A DNA stretch of 64,000 bases from positions 365,800,001-365,864,000 of the forward strand of contig OZ024743.1 of NCBI GenBank assembly GCA_964016885.1. Reading direction: 5' to 3'. The DNA is from Eledone cirrhosa (taxonomy: Eukaryota). Positions 57,125 to 64,000 of this stretch are shown in pieces (within the stretch, counting starts at the first letter, position 1; every line of letters starts with the position of its first letter). The notes under the pieces are model-generated. The model saw only the letters and a program-made list of their open reading frames with translations. It was not told the origin of the DNA and did no database searches. A program made the translations under genes and the position numbers.

Positions 57125-59045
57125 CAGGGCATGCAGTCCAATCGCCATGGCGGAAAGTGGCGCTGTGGAGCCTCCTTCCCCTTCCCTCGCAAAATTATTC
57201 GTATCCTCTCCTCCATTTGTAAATGTTATATGAGCTAATTTTAATGTGAGAAAATGCACATCTACCAACAGACCACACTTCAGGCTTCATACCCTCTCCA
57301 CTAGACATGATGTCTCCCCATTTGTAATAGCTTGGCGACAAGCCTGTCATGATATTGGTTACGTGAGAAATATGAGTAAATAATAAAACCTTCAAATAAT
57401 ATTTAAAATCCATCTGTAAATCAGTTCAATTCTTCGTTTCTTTTTTGGCAAATTCATCGATCACTTAGCTATAAAATGCATCAGCACCATGCTCAACCTT
57501 CATCTTCTTCAAAAGGTCTTTATTCATGGAAATGAAGACCAAATTGCTCAATCTCTCTTCACTTTGAGAACACCTCATATAATTATTTAACTTACTTTAA
57601 TGAAAAATAACGATCTTTCACATGAAGCAGATGTGGCAGGTATGGTCGGAATCGGGGTAATAATTTTGTTACTTCTGCCACAGCTTGATTTAATCAAGTT
57701 CCTGTATTATGTCTGCAACTTCCTGGCTACTTGACGCTTGCTTTGCAAAATCTGCAGCATAAGCTGATTTCAGCTCGCATTTCAATCCATCCAAATCCAA
57801 TAAGTTTAAATAGACACCCAAAGATGAAAACGCTTCCATCGTAAATTTTCTTTCGTAAGCGTGAAAAAGCTTCGGATTCAACAATTCCACAAATCTGAAC
57901 TCTCTCACTGTTTTAAATCTTTAAATCAACGTGAACAATAACTTCATCCAAAATGTTGTTAAACAAAGTTCTTAAAACAGCTTCTGGTTCTTGATAACGA
58001 CCACACTTCTCTAGTGATTCAATCTCATGTATTCACCTCGGAATCGGAAACAATTTCTGAGCCACTCAATATGGTTTCAAAATCTACTAAAAGAAATCTA
58101 AACTGAAAATCTTCTAAGATTGCAACGAATCCCCTTGCCTATGCTAATTCTGATGCATTCCAATCCTCTGGATTTCCTAATATCGTTGAAAATAGCTCAG
58201 AAATAAAGTAATTTTATTGGATAAAATAGATACCTGTCGAGATGAATAATTCCAATGTGTCTCAGGTAATTTTGGAAATCGCCTTCCAATGATTTCATTC
58301 AATAGAGCTATTCGAGCCGTTGACTTGGAGAAAAAAGTTGAAATTCCTTTTAAAATTTGGAAGAAAATTCGACATTCACGAATACTTGAAGCTGATTGAG
58401 AGAATACCAAATTAAGTGAATGTGCATAACAATGAACAAGCACGACGTTCGCACCAAAAATCTCCTTTATTCTTGCTTGCACTCACTTCAAATGCCCAGC
58501 CATCACGCTCGCTTCATCATAAGTTCGTGCAATGAATTTTTTACCACAATTGAATTCATTAACAAATTTCCGAACTTCTGTCAGCGATGCAGCTCTTCTA
58601 TGTTTACTGATATCGACGTATCCGAAGCATCTTTCTTGAAGCTTTTCCTTCTCAACAACAAATTGCAAAATGCGTGGTAATTAAGATTTCATACGAAGAT
58701 CCGTAGTCTCATCAAACATAACAGCAACGAAAGATGTTTTTTTCGATCATTGCCTTAATTTCACATTCAATTGTAGCTGCTATACAATTAATGATCTCGT
58801 TTTCAATATCACTTGAAAGTCCAGAAAATGCGCAGTTGGCATTTTTCTCCATGCAATATAAATGCGATCTGAAACAATTATCGTATTCTGCCACTGCTTC
58901 ACGTATAGCCAGAAAATTACCCTTATTGTTTGATTCTTCTGTTTCATCGTGTCCTCGAAATAATTCTTGACAAGCCAAAATTTCAACACAAATAATTAAC
59001 CTTTTCAATATATTACGATCTTTCTCAACAATTATATTATGCACT
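57125..59045 (-). mobile_element. hAT transposon relic (ZMYM1/ZNF862-like transposase pseudogene)
   Basis: Broken ORFs with FRGHDE..NKGNFL, YDEASVMAG, HCYAHSLNL, and hATC-like SASCERS..QSEERLSNL. Candidate TIR CAGGG at 57125. Confidence 0.85.
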
Positions 59046-59502
59046 GAATCGAAGTTGCTAAAATTCTGGGGATGATCACGAGACTAAGGTGTCAAATTAC
59101 CAAGTGGGTCAGTCACTGCGGTTTACACAGGTTAAAGAATTAGTCTGATTAATTAATTTATTTGTTTATTCTAATAGTTGCTGACGTCGTATTGAAATTC
59201 CTTGGAGTTTGTCTAGTTTCCCGGTGGTGTATATTGGGGTGAGTAGGAGTATATTGTTGATGGGTGGTGTGTATAAGGATTTTGGTGACCGTGTGTTCTA
59301 GGTTTAATAAAAGATATGTACATTCACGCACACGCACACACACACACACACACACTCACACACACACAAACATCACGTATAACAGGATTATATAACAAAT
59401 AGAGGATATACACTTAATACACTCTTCTTTATAATATATATATATATATATACAATATATTAATAAATGGAAACTATATTTATAAAACCATAATTATTTT
59501 AT

Positions 59503-59556
59503 TATATATATTTCAAGGGCAACCAAGGCAATTTTGGTGCGCTTTCATCAGATGAA
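59503..59556 (-). ncRNA. Hammerhead-like core, diverged relative of the 27515 motif
   Basis: Reverse complement CTGATGA-AAGCGCACCAA..TTGGTTGCCCTT-GAAATATATA. Flanks 59460-59700 are homologous to 27157-27400. Confidence 0.5.
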
Positions 59557-59696
59557 ATACAAAATATGTTTTATAAATGTTGACATACCCGTAGAAAAAC
59601 AACGGTTGAAGGTTCGCTGGACAGTAACTTGTTGAGTGCTTTATATAACTTATAAAACTTTTAAGCTTGTTGAATCCCAACAAATTAAATATAACT

Positions 59697-59740
<44 letters not shown>

Positions 59741-59849
59741 AAACTGGAACGGGAACAAAAACAGAGAGGCAGTACAAACAAAGGTTTATTAGTTTCACGC
59801 TCTTGAGAGTGGGATTTATATGTATACGCACATTCACACACACATATAC

Positions 59850-60030
59850 ATTGGCAGTATCGGTAGAGAGTCGGACGCCATGCTTTCTAGCATAGTTACG
59901 TCCCTTTGCGGTCTGAGTTCAAATCCCGCCGAGGTTAACTTTGCCTTTCATCCTTACGGGGTCGATAAAATAAGTACCAGTAATGCACTGGGTAATTGCT
60001 GGTCTTGTGCCTAAAGTAGAAACAATTATT
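59850..60030 (+). mobile_element. tRNA-derived SINE (family A)
   Basis: A box TGGCAGTATCGG, B box GAGTTCAAATCC, core GCCTTTCATCCTTACGGGGTCGATAAAATAAGTACC, tail GTAGAAACAATTATT. Confidence 0.9.
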
Positions 60031-61650
60031 CAATATAAAACTCACAAATACATTTACGTATCCGCTATGTTAAAACAAAAGAACAAATTCTAATTTTCTT
60101 AATAATTTTCGGCAAAGCCAACCGTAAAATCGATCGGTATGTAAATTAGGCTAATCAGCCGATGTATACTTTAGAGAATACTATATATTCTCAAGAGTTC
60201 TAGTCAGTGAAAGAAGAGATATACACAATCTTGACAAAGGGCAATAACCCAGAAATAATATTATCGATTGTTTCTCTTTGTTAACCTCTAGAACAAAAGG
60301 ATGGTGATGGTCATCTAAAAAAAACAACGTAATGAGGCTGTTTGCTTGCAAACGAATCGAATATTGTTATTATTCGATATAAAACTCACGAATATATATA
60401 TATATGGTGATATATATATATGGTGACATTGAAAAATATGTAGAATTAAAACTATGTTTTAAGTATAATTTGGTTATTGTCTCTCTTTTATACATTTTGA
60501 GCTCTGCAGCACATAGCATAACATTCCACAACAAAATCTCCAACGACTGGGAAAATCCTCAGCCCGTTTTGACTTATCAAGCAAACTGGATAGCATAGGG
60601 CTTCTCTCATGTTTACCAGGATCTATATTGGAAAACCCAATATCACCATATATATATGATGATATTTGTCCCTTGCTCTACAAATCTTCAGGAATTCAGA
60701 TATTGTTTGAAGTTTCAAGTGTATTTCATACAAGAGATCACTCCAAACTATAGATGAGGTTCATACTATACCAATTAATTCATTGCAAATTACAAGTGCA
60801 ATCAAAAGCAACAGCAAAGTAGAAGCAGTATCAAAAACAGTATATCAAAATATAGGACTTCTGTACATCCATACATTAACAGACATATGATTAAAAATTC
60901 GAAGCAGAATATATCTGTGCATATTGACCAGAAAAAAGGAGGACAGTAGTTAGTCAATTATATGTTAGACATATGAAAATATAATAATAAAAAATGGAAA
61001 AGAAAGTTTATAATTTCCTCAGAAGTTTAGTTTAAAATATTTTTTCATGATAAGTTGACTTGCAACGATACAAAAAAGTCTCTAACAGGAAAACACAAGT
61101 ATCACAATTTCTATATTTCATTTCACATGCATCAATATTATTTATAATATAATACAATACAATGAAATAAAAATAAATGTAGAAAGATAGATAATTAAAC
61201 AATTATTTTGCAGAATTATATAGATTTATATATTAGAATGCTCTCCAAATGTATGTCTATAAATATACATATAAAACACAATGTTATAATTATTATTATT
61301 AATTTAATTTAGCAGAACTGAAAATAGTTATTATGATATTTAACTAAATAAATAAACTTCAATTTTACCTTGTATCTAGATGAAACGTAGCTTCGTAAGA
61401 ACTTTTACTACTCTTCACTAACATATTTTTGAAATTTACGCCAACATTTATTCAGTACACGAGGCATGAAAACCGCGTTATTTCAAAACAAATTTCACCG
61501 GCAACTCCGTGGATACGAGGTACAGACACTTCATATGTATTGAGGCATGGCCTACCGTTCTACATTGAAACATATTAAAATTATGTTTTAAGTATAACTA
61601 GGTTATTCTCTCTCTATTAATATATATATATATAATATATATATATATAA

Positions 61651-61750
<100 letters not shown>

Positions 61751-61761
61751 GAGGGGAGAGT

Positions 61762-62495
61762 TGGCTTAAAAGAGGCTTCTTTGCATAATTGCAAACGAAT
61801 CGAATATTATTATTTATATTCGAAAAACTCAGATTACATTTATTTTATTCAGCCATGTAGAGCGATAACCTTTTGTTAGTTATTTGAATATGACAAAGCC
61901 GGCCATTAATCGCTTGTATACATGAAACTGACTGGCCTATCTGCTGATATGCAAATCTGGCTGATCAGTGGATCTGCTAATATGCAGATCTGACTGATCA
62001 GCCAGTCTGTTAAAATCAGGCCGATCAGTCACTGTATATTTTAGAAAATATATTTTTTCACTAGCTCTGAAAGATGGCAGGTGAATAGTGAACTGCACTG
62101 ATGAAGGGTAATCACCCAGAAACATTAGTGTTTACATGCCAACACAAGAGCAAGAATAAGGAGGGGGCTCATTCTACTGACATGGCTTAAAAGAGGCTTG
62201 TTTGCATAATTGCAAACGAATCGAATATTATTATTAATAGTGGATTGGCAGTATCGGTAGAGGGTCGGACGCCATGCTTTCCAGCATAGTTACGTCCCTT
62301 TACGATCTGAGTTCAAATCCCGCCGAGGTTGACTTTGTCTTTCATCCTTACGGGGTCGATAAAATAAAGTACCAGTAATACACTGGTAATTGCTGGCCTT
62401 GTGCCTAACGTAGAAACAATTATTAATATTCGAAAAACTCATTACATTTATTTTTTTTTTCAGTCATGTAGAGCGATAACTTTTTGTTAGTTATT
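61762..62495 (+). mobile_element. Second retrozyme-like unit: 421-nt monomer plus about 125-nt direct repeat, interrupted by a SINE
   Basis: 61762-61884 is repeated at 62183-62495 once the SINE is removed. Hammerhead-like core CTGATGA-A-GGGT(AATC)ACCC-A-GAAACATT at 62098-62130. Confidence 0.6.
62240..62423 (+). mobile_element. tRNA-derived SINE (family A) with probable TSD ATTATTAAT
   Basis: Full-length copy splitting the second direct repeat. Confidence 0.9.
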
Positions 62496-62496
62496 C

Positions 62497-63354
62497 ATCA
62501 TCATCATCATCATCATCATCACCGTTTTACGTCCGTTCTTCCACGCTAGCATGGGTTAGACGGGTTGTCCTGTTGTGGGCAGTGTCTGGTCGGCTGACCA
62601 TGCCTTGCTCATACAGGAACTGATCTGGCTTGATTTCTACAGCTGGATGCCCTTCCTAACACCAACCTCATTTACAGTGAGTGCTGGGTGCTTTTTCGTG
62701 GCGCCTACACGTCCACTTTACAGTGTGGGCTGGGTGCTTTTTTGCCGTGGCACCTCCACGACCACCTTGCGGTGGGGGTAGTGGGGGCATATTGTTTATA
62801 TGCTTCAGCATGTACCCATGGGAGGTCGGGTACCCTGTATTACTGCGTGACGCCAGAAGTCACGGTCGTGTGTCATTGTCTTTGAGAGGTGTAGTTGGGT
62901 AAGGTCGGCTTTTATCACCTCATCCCAAGTCATCTTGGGTCTCCCCACTCCGCGGTTTCCATCAACTTCTAGTGCTCTGCACCTTTTTATGCAGCTGTCA
63001 TCCTTCATACGCATCACATGTCCATACCAGCGTAACCGCCTCTCCTGCACGCAGCATTTGATTCCTCTTATGCTCAGTCTCTCTCTCAATTCCTTTATGC
63101 TTTGTCGTTCACGTATATTACTGTTACACATCCATCGGAGCATGCAGGCTTCGTTTCTCTCTAATCTACGTAAGTCTTCCACCTTCAGCGCCCAGGTCTC
63201 ACTACCATGCAACATCGCTGTTCGGATACACGCATCATATAGTCTGCCTTTCATTCTGAGGGAGAAGCCTTTTGCAGCTAGCAGTGGTAGTAGTTCCCTA
63301 AACTTCTTCCATCCCGTTCTTACCCTAGTTATTGTACTTTCTGAGCACCCATTA
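62497..63354 (-). mobile_element. RTE-clade LINE 3' fragment with (GAT)n tail
   Basis: KGRLYDACIRTAMLHGSETW..MLRWMC..RRLRWYGHVMR..GRPKMTW. Confidence 0.88.
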
Positions 63355-63439
63355 GTACCAGTAATGCACTGGGTAATTGCTGGCCTTGTGCCTAAAGTAG
63401 AAACAATTATATATATATATAATAATGGGTGCTCAGAAA

Positions 63440-63481
<42 letters not shown>

Positions 63482-63575
63482 TGTCAATTATATTAACCCC
63501 CGTAAAACTGTTATACTCTGCTATGTATTGAGTACCTTACTTACTGTGGTTACCTCCGATTCAACCCGGAATAAC

Positions 63576-63708
<133 letters not shown>

Positions 63709-64000
63709 AACCACAAAAAGTAAATAAATATAACAATGGTGACAATATCAAAATTATTATTTCATGTTCTGAGTTCGAATCCCACCTGTTATTCACTTTA
63801 ACTTTCATCGTCATAGGCTTGGGAAATATTTGTACCCAATAAAATTGATAACTGTTTCTAAAATAGGCTAAAAGCCAAACATTTTGATAGCAAGCATATG
63901 TCAATTATATTAACCCCCGTAATTGACTTGTACTCATTTTATTGTATCTGGAAAGTTGATATGTAAGGTCCATTTCAATAGGATTTGAACTCCGGTTGTA

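Noticed and set aside
59850-59935. tRNA gene
   Set aside because: A and B boxes belong to a SINE head. No cloverleaf forms, and many diverged copies share a body.
61360-61450. Possible host first exon on the minus strand (ATG..AAG|GTAAAA)
   Set aside because: Too short, with no recognisable homology or partner exons.

Overview
Eukaryotic, AT-rich window saturated with repeats and with no convincing host gene. The SINE types, microsatellite load and retroelement mix suggest a mollusc, probably a coleoid cephalopod (inference). Coding remnants are all transposon-derived: two Penelope-like elements (RT plus C-terminal GIY-YIG, Hydra-clade signature, in (TA)n), a degenerate L1/Tx1, two tandem Dong/R4 elements in (TAA)n, several RTE fragments, a CR1/L2 tail, an RLE tail, two non-autonomous Helitrons, a Helentron-like element and a hAT relic, plus more than 10 tRNA-derived SINE copies. 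The main unannotated signal is about a dozen type I hammerhead ribozyme motifs read directly from the sequence. Several sit in small non-coding, (TA)n-inserted units with direct or inverted terminal duplications. One of these is a 483-nt retrozyme-like monomer whose 5' end coincides with its own predicted cleavage site. There are also many fold-back inverted duplications anchored on (TA)n. Coordinates and base pairings were read by eye, and no folding or database search was run.
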